The notes beneath the pieces are model-generated. The model had not been told where the DNA came from. It searched no databases and saw only the letters and a program-made list of their open reading frames with translations. A stretch of 63,471 nt of DNA, counting the filler, from Octopus bimaculoides (lineage: Eukaryota), in NCBI RefSeq assembly GCF_001194135.2. It is 6 parts of 6 records of this genome, joined end to end, with 100 filler letters (N's around TTAATTAATTAA, not from the genome) between each part and the next. Parts side by side here need not be neighbours in the genome. Positions count along the whole stretch, not along the records: positions 44,793 to 58,048 come from NC_069003.1; positions 58,149 to 59,686 come from NW_026390344.1; positions 59,787 to 61,609 come from NW_026364010.1; positions 61,710 to 63,471 come from NW_026331798.1; 2 more parts are not named here. One strand, written 5' to 3'. Shown piece by piece: positions 50,160-61,769 of the stretch. Made by a program: the position numbers and the translations under genes. The first letter of the stretch is position 1. Every line of letters begins with the position of its first letter.

Positions 50160-50305
50160 CTATTTACATTATTTACATTTGACGGATATTTGTCCTCATC
50201 TTGTTTGTTGTTAACACAACGTTTCGGCTGATATACCCTCCAGCCTTCATCAGGTGTCTTGGAGAAATTTCGAACCTGGGTTCTCATTCCTAAGGTATTT
50301 TTCGA

Positions 50306-50341
<36 letters not shown>

Positions 50342-50342
50342 T
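50160..50342 (-). mobile_element. SINE family D 3' body (headless), intronic and antisense to ADAMTS
   Basis: Aligns to 22500-22690. Confidence 0.85.
50213..50258 (-). ncRNA. Minimal type I hammerhead ribozyme motif, best-preserved copy
   Basis: GACAC CTGATGA A GGCTG-GAGGGTATAT-CAGCC GAA ACGT T GTGTT: 5-bp stem I, full core, 5-bp stem II, palindromic ACGU stem III, GUU cleavage triplet. Confidence 0.65.
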
Positions 50343-50398
50343 AAGGAAACTTTACTCTTTTTCTCTCGCTTCATTTGTTTGTGTTTTTTTTTTCTCAG

Positions 50399-50542
50399 GT
50401 TTGGTGTGCAGCACGATGGTCAGGGTAATCATTGCTACGGTACCAAGTACCATGGAAGCATCATGGCACCAATGGTGGAGTCAACCTTTGGCACATATTA
50501 CTGGTCGGACTGCAGCGCAGCCAGAATGAGATATTTCGCTTA
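50399..50542 (+). CDS. ADAMTS3: ADAMTS2/3/14-clade exon (third zinc His and Met-turn)
   Basis: TTCTCAG| FGVQHDGQGNHCYGTKYHGSIMAPMVESTFGTYYWSDCSAARMRYFA |GTGAGT; phase 2 to 2. Confidence 0.95.
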
Positions 50543-50952
50543 GTGAGTAACTTACACAAGCGCAAGCACACATGAATACTGGCATATACATACACACTCA
50601 TGCGTACACATATGGACATACATGAAAAATACAATCTTTAAGAGGAACAGTAAAAGTATACAAGACTCTTCTCAAATCTGACATGTGAATTTGATTCTGT
50701 TATCTACATTCCACTGACGGAGTTTTGTGTCTGTTAAAAAAACCAGCTCCTTCCTCAGAGGATCTCAAATAATTAATGTTAGACAAAAACATATAGACAT
50801 ACACACACACATACACTTATACATACGTACATGCCAATATATATATATATATATATATACATACATACATATACTCAGACATACACTCATGCATACATGC
50901 CCACCTACATACCTGCCTACATATATACATACATACACACGTATACCACATC

Positions 50953-51187
50953 GAAGGCGGCGAGCTGGCAGAAACGTTAGCACGCCGGGCAAAATGCTTA
51001 GCGGTATTTCGTCTGCCGCTACGTTCTGAGTTCAAATTCCGCCGAGGTCGACTTTGCCTTTCATCCTTTCGGGGTCGATTAAATAAGTACCAGTTACGCA
51101 CTGGGGTCGATATAACCGACATAATCCGTGTGTCTGTCCTTGTATATCCCCTCTGTGTGTAGCCCCTTATGAGTAGTAAAGAAATAA
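50953..51187 (+). mobile_element. SINE family B, full length
   Basis: Motif alignment with the other family-B copies. Confidence 0.88.
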
Positions 51188-51310
51188 CACACATATATCA
51201 CACATACATGCACATGGATAAATACATACATACATAACATAACATAATGTAACTACAGCATATCAATAACAGTAATACAGCATAGCATAAACTTTATATC
51301 TTTTATCCAG

Positions 51311-51443
51311 CCATTTATCCTGTCTCCGAAACAACCCAAAACGTCGTACCTGGCCTTCAATGGCTACACCAATTGGTGTCGGCTGGACTTTGGATGCCCA
51401 GTGCAAACAAGAATTTGGTGAAGGCTTCCGTGTATGTGGAGGG
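51311..51443 (+). CDS. ADAMTS3: ADAMTS2/3/14-clade exon (end of catalytic domain, start of disintegrin-like domain)
   Basis: ATCCAG| YHLSCLRNNP...GVGWTLDAQCKQEFGEGFRVCGG |GTAAGT. Confidence 0.93.
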
Positions 51444-51788
51444 GTAAGTTGCGGGCCAAAGCCTTTATGCCAGAAATCAGACATTACATAAAACTTAATA
51501 TTATCTGCCGAATAACCTTTCAATTCATTCTACATTTTATCACTGAACTTATATACTTCACGTGTCTTCTTCTATGGTTACTCTTGCGGCCTTGTGTTCC
51601 GCACATTCTATGCTCATTTGATAATACCCTTATCTAAAGCCACATATATATTTACACACCCACAAACATTCATTTACACACATGTATGTATATATACGTG
51701 TATGTGTAATGGTGTGTGTATGTGCGTATGTGGACGGATGAATAGGCATAGATTATTTATTTGTTTATCAGTACATATTGTAAAGCTG

Positions 51789-51820
<32 letters not shown>

Positions 51821-51829
51821 AGTGAGTGA

Positions 51830-51866
<37 letters not shown>

Positions 51867-52407
51867 TGTGTGTGTGTGTTGCATCTATAGAAATCCACAC
51901 CTTACAAGATAGCAATTTGGGAGTCGCACTAATGGATTGCTCATGGTCGAAAATACCCGGAATCGGCCATTTATTTTTTTCTCTTCCTTCCTAACAGGTC
52001 ACACACACACACACACACACACACACACCAGGACTGGACATCAGTCCATCGCAGGATGGGGCAACAAGATAGGAAGAATTTTGCTCCAGAACATAACACA
52101 TCGCCTGGTCCAGGAATCGAAACCACAATCTCACGATCACGAGTCCTGTACCCTAACCACTTAACACCTAACTTCCACTCATTGCAGATCAGAAACTTTC
52201 TTTTAATCACAATACAAATTAGTCCAAATTCTCTTGGTTCTAATTAGCTAACGACACATTATCTTTCTTTTTTAGTGGGTGTCGGTTGTTTGAGAGTTCC
52301 GGTTATTTGAGAACCGGATAAGAGGGAGTTTACCACACACTTATTCAAATGTTATAAACTTTAACATAATTTTCTCAATTTTTTAAATTTTTATTTTATG
52401 ATTTCAG

Positions 52408-52521
52408 TTTCGACAGCTTGATCCTTGCACCCGTCTATGGTGCAGTCATCAGAGCACTATGCACATGTGCAGAACCAAAAATGGACCACCATTAGAAGGT
52501 TCGAAGTGTGGATTCGGTCAG
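52408..52521 (+). CDS. ADAMTS3: ADAMTS2/3/14-clade exon (disintegrin-like domain)
   Basis: ATTTCAG| FRQLDPCTRLWCSHQSTMHMCRTKNGPPLEGSKCGFGQ |GTTCGT. Confidence 0.93.
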
Positions 52522-52874
52522 GTTCGTTTCGCATAAAATTAATTTATTAACTGGTATTTTTTTTTCAAATGTGTTCCACATTAGTCCGGTTTTTTTTTTA
52601 ATTCATTTTCATTTCACCATCCGGTGTATCTTTCTTTTATCTTCTTCTTTACCATCAACTGCAGCGGTAGCAAGGGCAGTAGCTTCTTCTTCTTCTTCTT
52701 CTTCTTCTTCTTCTTCTTCTTCTTCTTCTTCTTCTTCTTCTTTTTCTTCTTCTCCTCCCCCTCCTCCTCCTCCTCCTCCTCCTTCTTCTTCTTCTTCTTC
52801 TTCTTCTAGTTTCTTCTTCCTCTTAGATTTCTTATTCTTTCTCTACTACTACTACTACTACTTTTGTCTCGTAG

Positions 52875-53017
52875 TGGTGCCTTGGTGGAGCCTGCCAGTA
52901 CAAAAGCAACTTGATCCCGATTGATGGAGCGTGGGGCTCTTGGACCAGCTGGGGCCCGTGTTCTGTGACCTGCGGCTTCGGGGCACGTTTCAGGCAGCGC
53001 AAATGTAACAACCCCAG
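52875..53017 (+). CDS. ADAMTS3: ADAMTS2/3/14-clade exon (TSR1)
   Basis: CTCGTAG| WCLGGACQYKSNLIPIDGAWGSWTSWGPCSVTCGFGARFRQRKCNNP |GTAAGT. Confidence 0.95.
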
Positions 53018-53166
53018 GTAAGTGTAAAAATAAAATAGCGTATTTACTTGAGTACCCCTAAATAATTCGTCTGATATATATGAGTATATTTATGGAATAA
53101 CACTCACAACACACACATACACACGTACATACATACATACATATATATGTATGTATGTATGTATGT

Positions 53167-53370
53167 AGGCGCAGGCGTGGCTGTGTGGTAAGAAGCTTGC
53201 TTTCCAACCACATGCCTCTGGGTTCAGTCTCACTGCGTGGCACCTTCGTCAAGTGTCTTCTACTATAACCTCAAGCTATGCATTACTTACTTGTTATATA
53301 TATATGCTTGTGTGTCTGTGTTTTTCCCCCACCATCGCTTGACAACCGATGTTGGTGCGTTTACGTATCC
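53167..53370 (+). mobile_element. Family-A SINE, internally deleted
   Basis: AGGCGCAGGCGTGGCTGTGTGGTAAG...GGTTCAGTCTCACTGCG head. Confidence 0.75.
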
Positions 53371-54483
53371 GAGAAATCTTGTTCTGTCTGTGGTACTTTT
53401 TGTCTCTACTACAACTACAGTTTTTTAAAGGAGTTACACTTGCAACAGGAAATGTCAAATGAAGCTTTCATTACATTGTTTTTAAACACATTACACTTTG
53501 TTTGAAACGATCGTAGATTTTTTTTTTCTATTTTTCACAGATTTTAGTAATGCTTGGTACTTCAGGTAAAAGTTTAAGATTTTTGGTTTAACTGACTCAA
53601 TCGTAACACAAGGGATGGATGCCTTTTGCCAAAGAAGAATTACCTTTTTTGCTACAATCTTGTCGAATTGTTTAATTGGAGGATCTTTCTTAACTACATT
53701 CTGTTCTTTTTCTCATTCAAATAAAACACATTTTAGTACGTCCTTGTAAGTTGGCAAAACTTGCTCGCTAAGATCACATGGAGTAACAATTATCGGGCAT
53801 TCAATATCATGGCGCGTTATTAGCTTATGAGCCATCACTAAATGTAAGCAATATTAAATTTAACACAATCATTAATTTTAATACAATGGCCTAAAGTCAA
53901 GGTACAAAGCAGAAAACTTCACACACGTACGACGTACGTCCAGAACGCAATGACCTTTGCAGCGGCACTGGAGAGAAGTTCACACTCCCGTTCTCTTTAT
54001 AATCAATGCGAAACCTCAAGATATTAGTTAATTGTATTAAAACTTGGTATGCAACCGCTTAAAGATATTATATTTACTGTAGAGATATGTATTCGTTACG
54101 ACTTATAATCCATGAAATCCAAACTTCAACCAAAAATACCGATTTTTAAAATTTTTAATTGCGTTGCGGAGTCTAAGAAAAATATTTAGCCACAAAGTTC
54201 ATTATACACCTTTTTCTTTTAACCCTAATTCATAACAAAATATCATTTCTCAATTACCAGTTTCGCAAGTTGCCTTTTTCGCTCTACCCTAATATCCATA
54301 CACTTATATATACATATGTATATGGACACATATTCACACATACATACAAATGCACACGTACATACAAATATATACGCAAGCACTCACGCATGTCGGTTCA
54401 CAAACCAATGGAAGTTCCAGGTCCAACATAGACAAGCTTCCATGTATGATGTTTGCGTAAAATAAGAGCACAAATAAGTTAAC

Positions 54484-54826
54484 AGCTCACTACAGCTGTT
54501 TCAGACGCTTTTTTTTTTGATGAATCGTTCGATTACCTGATGAAAAAAAGGGTTTTCTTCAGATTACTGAAAATTTTTCCGGAGTAAGAAACCTACAAGA
54601 TGTGGACTGACCCTCTCAATTAGGGATCATTGAAGAGAGTGGAAACACACCGAGGGTTAGCTAGGTTTAACCGGCTATAAATGATACCTAACTGAGAGGG
54701 TTAGTCCACATCTTGTGGTATTTCTTTTCTCTCAACCAAAATTTTAATCACATGAAGAAAATGGTTTTCCATGATGTAATCGGATGATTCACCAATAAAA
54801 AGGGTCTGAAACAACTGTAGTGAACC
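54484..54826. repeat. Foldback element with arms of about 140 bp and a 62-bp spacer
   Basis: Inner arms 54595-54624 / 54687-54716 match at 28 of 30 positions; outer arms are more diverged and end in CACTACAG(C/T)TGTTTCAGAC. Confidence 0.8.
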
Positions 54827-55254
54827 TTTAAAACATTTGTATGTATATATATTTGTATGTAATAATAATATAGATTTAATCAAAAGATTAAATGTGGTAC
54901 TTAAAATGTTTGAGGCACCAAAATTTGGTAGGGTAAAAACCAAAAACAAAATCAGGAGATTTGGTGAATAAAATTTGAAGAAAAGCAACAAAAATTCAAT
55001 AGGTTATAGCAGTACGTACTGTAGTGAGAACACTACATGAATAAATGAAGTTTGTACGAAACGTACGTACTGCTATAACCTATTGAATTTTTGTTGCTTT
55101 TCTTCAAATATATTTGTATGTATGTATATATCCATAATACGTGCATGCATTCATTCAGACATACATAAATACATACATACATACATGCATGCATGCATGC
55201 ATACATTCGTATGAACATGTATGAACACATGCACATATATTCTTATTTCTTCAG

Positions 55255-55318
55255 CCCAGCGTTTAATGGAAAAGAATGTGAAGGTCGCGTTGAAGAATTC
55301 AAGATTTGCAAAACGGAC
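55255..55318 (+). CDS. ADAMTS3: ADAMTS2/3/14-clade exon (end of TSR1)
   Basis: TCTTCAG| SPAFNGKECEGRVEEFKICKTD |GTAGGT; phase 2 to 0. Confidence 0.92.
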
Positions 55319-56294
55319 GTAGGTAGTATTTCTTTCTCATAGATTACATATTAAAAAAAAGTTGTTTTTTTTTAAACCTGTAAAATTGAACATGGAACAC
55401 CTGTGGTTTGTGTGAATGTAAACGGAAAACTATTGAGAGTATTTGAATAAATTTGAATATTTTAAAGTGAGATAATGTGGTGAAGTATAATAAGAGGACG
55501 GAGTTCATCGCAGACGAGAAAACAAAAGAAATAAAGAGAGTGAGAGACCATGAATGAATACACATAAATACACACACNNNNNNNNNNNNNNNNNNNNNNN
55601 NNNNNNNNNNNNNNNNNNNNNNNNNNNNNNNNNNNNNNNNNNNNNNNNNNNNNNNNNNNNNNNNNNNNNNNNNNNNNNNNNNNNNNNNNNNNNNNNNNNN
55701 NNNNNNNNNNNNNNNNNNNNNNNNNNNNNNNNNNNNNNNNNNNNNNNNNNNNNNNNNNNNNNNNNNNNNNNNNNNNNNNNNNNNNNNNNNNNNNNNNNNN
55801 NNNNNNNNNNNNNNNNNNNNNNNNNNNNNNNNNNNNNNNNNNNNNNNNNNNNNNNNNNNNNNNNNNNNNNNNNNNNNNNNNNNNNNNNNNNNNNNNNNNN
55901 NNNNNNNNNNNNNNNNNNNNNNNNNNNNNNNNNNNNNNNNNNNNNNNNNNNNNNNNNNNNNNNNNNNNNNNNNNNNNNNNNNNNNNNNNNNNNNNNNNNN
56001 NNNNNNNNNNNNNNNNNNNNNNNNNNNNNNNNNNNNNNNNNNNNNNNNNNNNNNNNNNNNNNNNNNNNNNNNNNNNNNNNNNNNNNNNNNNNNNNNNNNN
56101 NNNNNNNNNNNNNNNNNNNNNNNNNNNNNNNNNNNNNNNNNNNNNNNNNNNNNNNNNNNNNNNNNNNNNNNNNNNNNNNNNNNNNNNNNNNNNNNNNNNN
56201 NNNNNNNNNNNNNNNNNNNNNNNTATAGGGGAAATAAGCAGCTCTACCCAATATATGTGTATTTATGTGTGTATATATACATACATAATACATA

Positions 56295-56331
<37 letters not shown>

Positions 56332-56369
56332 GGTGCGTGCGTGTGTGTATGAGTGTGTATAATTGTATG

Positions 56370-56581
56370 TACGATGAGGTGCTGAAAAGTTCCTGGCATT
56401 CAGGGTATCGCGAAAAGCCTGGTCGGGGTCCGAACTTCCAGAGTTCCTTTACAGGACTTAGAAAAACCGAAGGACCGCTGCAATGAGTGTGTGAATGTGA
56501 AACAGGAATATGTTGAATAAAATCATAATTAATTGATCCTATATTTTCCTTTACCCAGGAACTTTTCAGCACCCCTTCGTA
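56370..56581 (+). mobile_element. Mariner-derived MITE (internal deletion derivative)
   Basis: TIRs TA-CGATGAGGTGCTGAAAAGTTCCTGG / CCAGGAACTTTTCAGCACCCCTTCG-TA with TA flanks; the interior retains CVNVKQEYVE*, like a mariner transposase C-terminus. Confidence 0.85.
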
Positions 56582-56654
56582 TGTACCTATCCATGTGCAT
56601 TCATACATACATACAGACATACATGCATACATACGTCATAATTTTTTGTTGTAG

Positions 56655-56760
56655 GTGTGTGTAAACAACAGAGACATGAGAGCTGAACAATGTGCACTTT
56701 TCGATGGCTATGTGATTGGAAACAACCAGCACACATGGAGACCAACACAACTTGGCAACG
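56655..56760 (+). CDS. ADAMTS3: ADAMTS2/3/14-clade exon (start of Cys-rich domain; last exon visible)
   Basis: GTTGTAG| VCVNNRDMRAEQCALFDGYVIGNNQHTWRPTQLGN |GTAGGA. Confidence 0.92.
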
Positions 56761-56884
56761 GTAGGATATTTTGAGCGTTTATTACATCCAGAATGTTTAG
56801 TGAAAAGACAAAGTGAAGTTGAGTGAGGTAACATAAATTCGGAGACGTACAAGCTAGGCAAAGTGTTTGATCTGAGCCCATATA

Positions 56885-57424
56885 TACTCTTTACTCTTTA
56901 CTCCCTTTTACTTGTTTCAGTCATTTGACTGCGGCCTTGCTGGAGCACCGCCTTAATAGTAGAGCAAATCGACCCCAGGACTTAGTCTTTGGAAGCTTAG
57001 TACTTATTCTATCGGTTTTTGCCGAACCGCTAAGTTACGGGGACGGAAACACACCAGCATCGGTTGTCAAGGGTGAGTAAGCGAGGTCATACCATTTTGG
57101 TCAAAAACTGTCTCACACTTCCGTGAGCAAGCAAGGTACAAATTTTGCTGCAACTCTTTTCATTTGCAATTCTTGGCTCCAGGACACATCATAGAGGCAC
57201 CTCTTATACTCTTTTTACTCTTTTACTCTTTTACTTGTTTCAGTCATTTGACTGCGGCCATGCTGGAGCACCGCCTTTATTAGAGCAAATCCACCTCAGG
57301 ACTTATTCTTTGTAAGCCTTGTACTTATTCTATCGGTCTCTTTTGCTGAACCGCTAAGTTACGGGGACGTAAACACACCAGCATCGGTTGTCAAGCGATG
57401 CTGGGGGACAAACGCAGAGACACA

Positions 57425-57467
<43 letters not shown>

Positions 57468-57630
57468 GACGAGCTTCTTTCAGTTTCCGTCTACCAAATC
57501 CACTCACAAGGCTTTGGTTGGACTGAGGCTATAGTAGTAGACACTTGCCCATTGTGCCACGCAGTGGGACTGAACCCAGAACCATGTGGTTTGTAAGCAA
57601 ACTACTTACCACACAGCCACTCCTGCGCCT
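56885..57630 (-). mobile_element. Two family-A SINEs (partial 56885-57072; full 57205-57630)
   Basis: Motif alignment and (CTCTTTTA)n tails. Confidence 0.85.
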
Positions 57631-57797
57631 ATGTTAACTTCCTTTGTGTCTTTCTTTTACTCCTTCTCTCTCTCATTCATTCTATACAACATAAATCATA
57701 ACAAGACAATCAACCAACCAAATTTTAATATCGGTTGTTATTGTTATATGAGCATACTACAAAGCAGTGTGCAGTGCGTCTGATATCCAAGTAACAA

Positions 57798-57838
57798 CTC
57801 TGGACATGTTTCTGCTCTGTTAGACCTCATCAGCGACG
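57798..57838 (-). ncRNA. Degenerate hammerhead-like motif (third repeat family)
   Basis: Minus strand CGTCG CTGATGA GGTCTAACAGAGCA GAA ACATGT C CAGAG: full core, palindromic ACAUGU stem III, GUC triplet; stems I and II are decayed. Confidence 0.4.
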
Positions 57839-57923
57839 CTTAGTCTAACCGTTGCTGTGTAATTCCTAAGAAGCTTGCTTCTCAACCACATGGTTCCGGG
57901 TTCAGTCCTACTGCGTGGAACCT

Positions 57924-57970
<47 letters not shown>

Positions 57971-58048
57971 CTTTGTGCCTGTGTTCGTCCCCCGACCAAC
58001 GCTTGACAACCGGTGTTGGTGTGTTTAATCCTCGTAAACTAGCGGTTC

Positions 58049-58148
58049 NNNNNNNNNNNNNNNNNNNNNNNNNNNNNNNNNNNNNNNNNNNNTTAATTAA
58101 TTAANNNNNNNNNNNNNNNNNNNNNNNNNNNNNNNNNNNNNNNNNNNN
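58049..58148. other. Artificial scaffold-join spacer
   Basis: 44 N + TTAATTAATTAA + 44 N. Confidence 0.95.
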
Positions 58149-58166
58149 TTGATTGACAGAAAAAGC

Positions 58167-58197
<31 letters not shown>

Positions 58198-59259
58198 GTT
58201 ATGTATGAATGGCTTCAGTGACACAATCACACACGCCCGCCCACGCACGCAGGTTATGTATGTATGTATCAATGTATGGTCGAGAGAGAGTTAACTGAAA
58301 TTTTGTTATTCACTTTTTGTAGTGAGTGACTGACAGAGAAAAGGAGAGAGAGGTTATGTATGAATGTATGTGGGTATGTATGAATGGGTTTGGCTGACTT
58401 ATCCTGTACTCCCCTTGTTGCTAGCGAAATGGTATATGCCGGCTGCGTGAGTAACTGGTTGTTTCAATGGCAGGGGAATTACAGTAGAAAAAGTTTTCAT
58501 CGATTTTCTCGATACAAACCGCATTCCAATCTATGCACCGGTCTCCACATGTGTGCCATTTTTCACGCGAATCCACCCAGCCGTTTGGCTGTGAACCTCA
58601 AAGCAAGAAAGAATACAACGATCACCCCATGTCCAATTCATATTATATATATATATTAATATATATTATTTGTTGGAGCAAGTGAAATCGAAATCGTGAT
58701 TGAACCAAATTCGATTACTGGCACCTGTGCCAGTGGAGCGCTAAGAGCACCGTCCGACTGTGATCATTGCCAGAGCAGCTGTCTGGCTTATGTGCCAGTG
58801 GCACGTAAATATCACCATTTGAGCGTGGTCATTACCAGAGTCGGCTTATTTTTAAAGGGATGTAAAATTAAATATATAATATTTTGAAATAGAACCTGAA
58901 GATGTCTTGGAATAATTGTAAATCTGACGATTGCATATATGTATTTATATATGTATATATATAGGTATACAAATATGTATATGTATATGTATATATGCTG
59001 TAATCTTCCAATACTCAAACACGTGAAGTTCCTTCATATTTAATAAATATAAGTATTAACTAAAGTAGGATATGATTAATATATACTCAGTTGGTAATTT
59101 TGGTTTTATCCTTAAAGTATTATTTCGTGATGTGCAAATTGATACCATGAGTTTACTGTCAGATATACTCATGAGGTTTTTTTGTATTATCTGAAATAGA
59201 ATACCCGCATATCGATTAATACCCCAAAATTGAATAGATACATATCATCATCATCAACG

Positions 59260-59686
<427 letters not shown>

Positions 59687-59786
59687 NNNNNNNNNNNNNN
59701 NNNNNNNNNNNNNNNNNNNNNNNNNNNNNNTTAATTAATTAANNNNNNNNNNNNNNNNNNNNNNNNNNNNNNNNNNNNNNNNNNNN
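59687..59786. other. Artificial scaffold-join spacer
   Basis: 44 N + TTAATTAATTAA + 44 N. Confidence 0.95.
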
Positions 59787-61609
59787 CAGGGTTGTAATAC
59801 ATGTACGTGTGAAGTGAATGGTAGAGTAAGCTGTACTAATAACCCTTGTAATTGTCTTTACAATGGAAACACATACCAAATAGGTAATACATTTACAAAA
59901 GACTGTAATACGTGCACATGCAAAGCCGATGGTAGTGTAGACTGCACGACAAATCCATGTACCTGTACTTACAAAACCAGAGTTTATAATTTCGGAGCAC
60001 AATTCAAGGATGACTGCAACACTTGTAAATGTCAGTATAACGGACAAGTTGAGTGCACAAACAAACTCTGCCAATGTACACACAAAGGACAAACTTATAG
60101 AATTGGTGACAGATTTTCAGAAGATTGCAACGAATGTCAATGTCTAGCAACCGGGTACGTTCAATGTACAACCAAAGTTTGCAAATGTACTTACAACAAC
60201 CAGATTTATAATGTAGGTCAAACATTTAGACAGGGTTGTAATACATGTACGTGCGAAGTGAACGGTAGAGTAAGCTGTACAAATAAGCCATGTAACTGTA
60301 TTTACAATGGAAACACCTACCAAATAAGTGATACATTTAGAAAAGACTGTAATACATGCACATGCAAAGCCGATGGANNNNNNNNNNNNNNNNNNNNNNN
60401 NNNNNNNNNNNNNNNNNNNNNNNNNNNNNNNNNNNNNNNNNNNNNNNNNNNNNNNNNNNNNNNNNNNNNNNNNNNNNNNNNNNNNNNNNNNNNNNNNNNN
60501 NNNNNNNNNNNNNNNNNNNNNNNNNNNNNNNNNNNNNNNNNNNNNNNNNNNNNNNNNNNNNNNNNNNNNNNNNNNNNNNNNNNNNNNNNGTGCACATGCA
60601 AAGCCGATGGTAGTGTAGACTGCACGACAAATCCATGTACCTGTACTTACAAAACCAGAGTTTATAATTTCGGAGCACAATTCAAGGATGACTGCAACAC
60701 TTGTAAATGTCAGTATAACGGACAAGTTGAGTGCACAAACAAACTCTGCCAATGTACACACAAAGGACAAACTTATAGAATTGGTGACAGATTTTCAGAA
60801 GATTGCAACGAATGTCAATGTCTAGCAACCGGGTACGTTCAATGTACAACCAAAGTTTGCAAATGTACTTACAACAACCAGATTTATAATGTAGGTCAAA
60901 CATTTAGACAGGGTTGTAATACATGTACGTGCGAAGTGAACGGTAGAGTAAGCTGTACAAATAAGCCATGTAACTGTATTTACAATGGAAACACCTACCA
61001 AATAAGTGATACATTTAGAAAAGACTGTAATACATGCACATGCAAAGCCGATGGAAGTGTAGACTGCACGACAAACCCATGTACCTGTACTTACAAAACC
61101 AGAGTTTATAATTTCGGAGCACAATTCAACGATGACTGCAATACTTGTACATGTCAAATTAACGGTCAAGTTGAGTGCACATATAAAACGTGTCGATGTA
61201 CCCACAAAGGACAAACTTATAGAATTGGTCAGAAATTTTATGAAGATTGTAACCAATGCCAATGTTTATCAACTGGATATGTTCAATGTCCAACCAAAGT
61301 TTGCAAATGTACTTACAACAACCAGATTTACAATGTAGGTCAAAAATTTAGACAGGGTTGTAATACATGTACGTGTGAAGTGAATGGTAGAGTAAGCTGT
61401 ACAAATAACCCTTGTAACTGTATTTACAATGGAAACACCTACCAAATAAGTGCTACATTTAGAAAAGACTGCAATACGTGCACATGCAAAGATGATGGTA
61501 CCATTGGTTGCACAACAAGTCCATGTAACTGCAATTACAAAGGTAAGCGTTACGACATTGGTTCTATATGGTATAATGATTGCAACAAATGTCAGTGCAC
61601 TTCTGGAGG
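59787..61609 (+). CDS. Internal part of a large Cys-rich protein made of tandem 37-aa VWC/pacifastin-like modules
   Basis: Reading frame open across the whole contig and at both ends (internal gap 60378-60589); unit C-x16-CNxCxC-x3-G-x3-CT-x3-C; 12 complete and 4 partial units; the same frame holds either side of the gap. Confidence 0.88.
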
Positions 61610-61709
61610 NNNNNNNNNNNNNNNNNNNNNNNNNNNNNNNNNNNNNNNNNNNNTTAATTAATTAANNNNNNNNNNNNNNNNNNNNNNNNNNNNNNNNNNN
61701 NNNNNNNNN
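61610..61709. other. Artificial scaffold-join spacer
   Basis: 44 N + TTAATTAATTAA + 44 N. Confidence 0.95.
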
Positions 61710-61744
<35 letters not shown>

Positions 61745-61769
61745 TCACATATCTATGTATGTATTTATG

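Noticed and set aside
52960-53017. Apparent frameshift in the ADAMTS TSR1 exon
   Set aside because: Recounting the G run (TTC GGG GCA CGT) gives an intact frame, CGFGARFRQRKCNNP.
59739-61262. Minus-strand ORFs over the Cys-rich array
   Set aside because: Antisense shadows of the repetitive + strand ORF.
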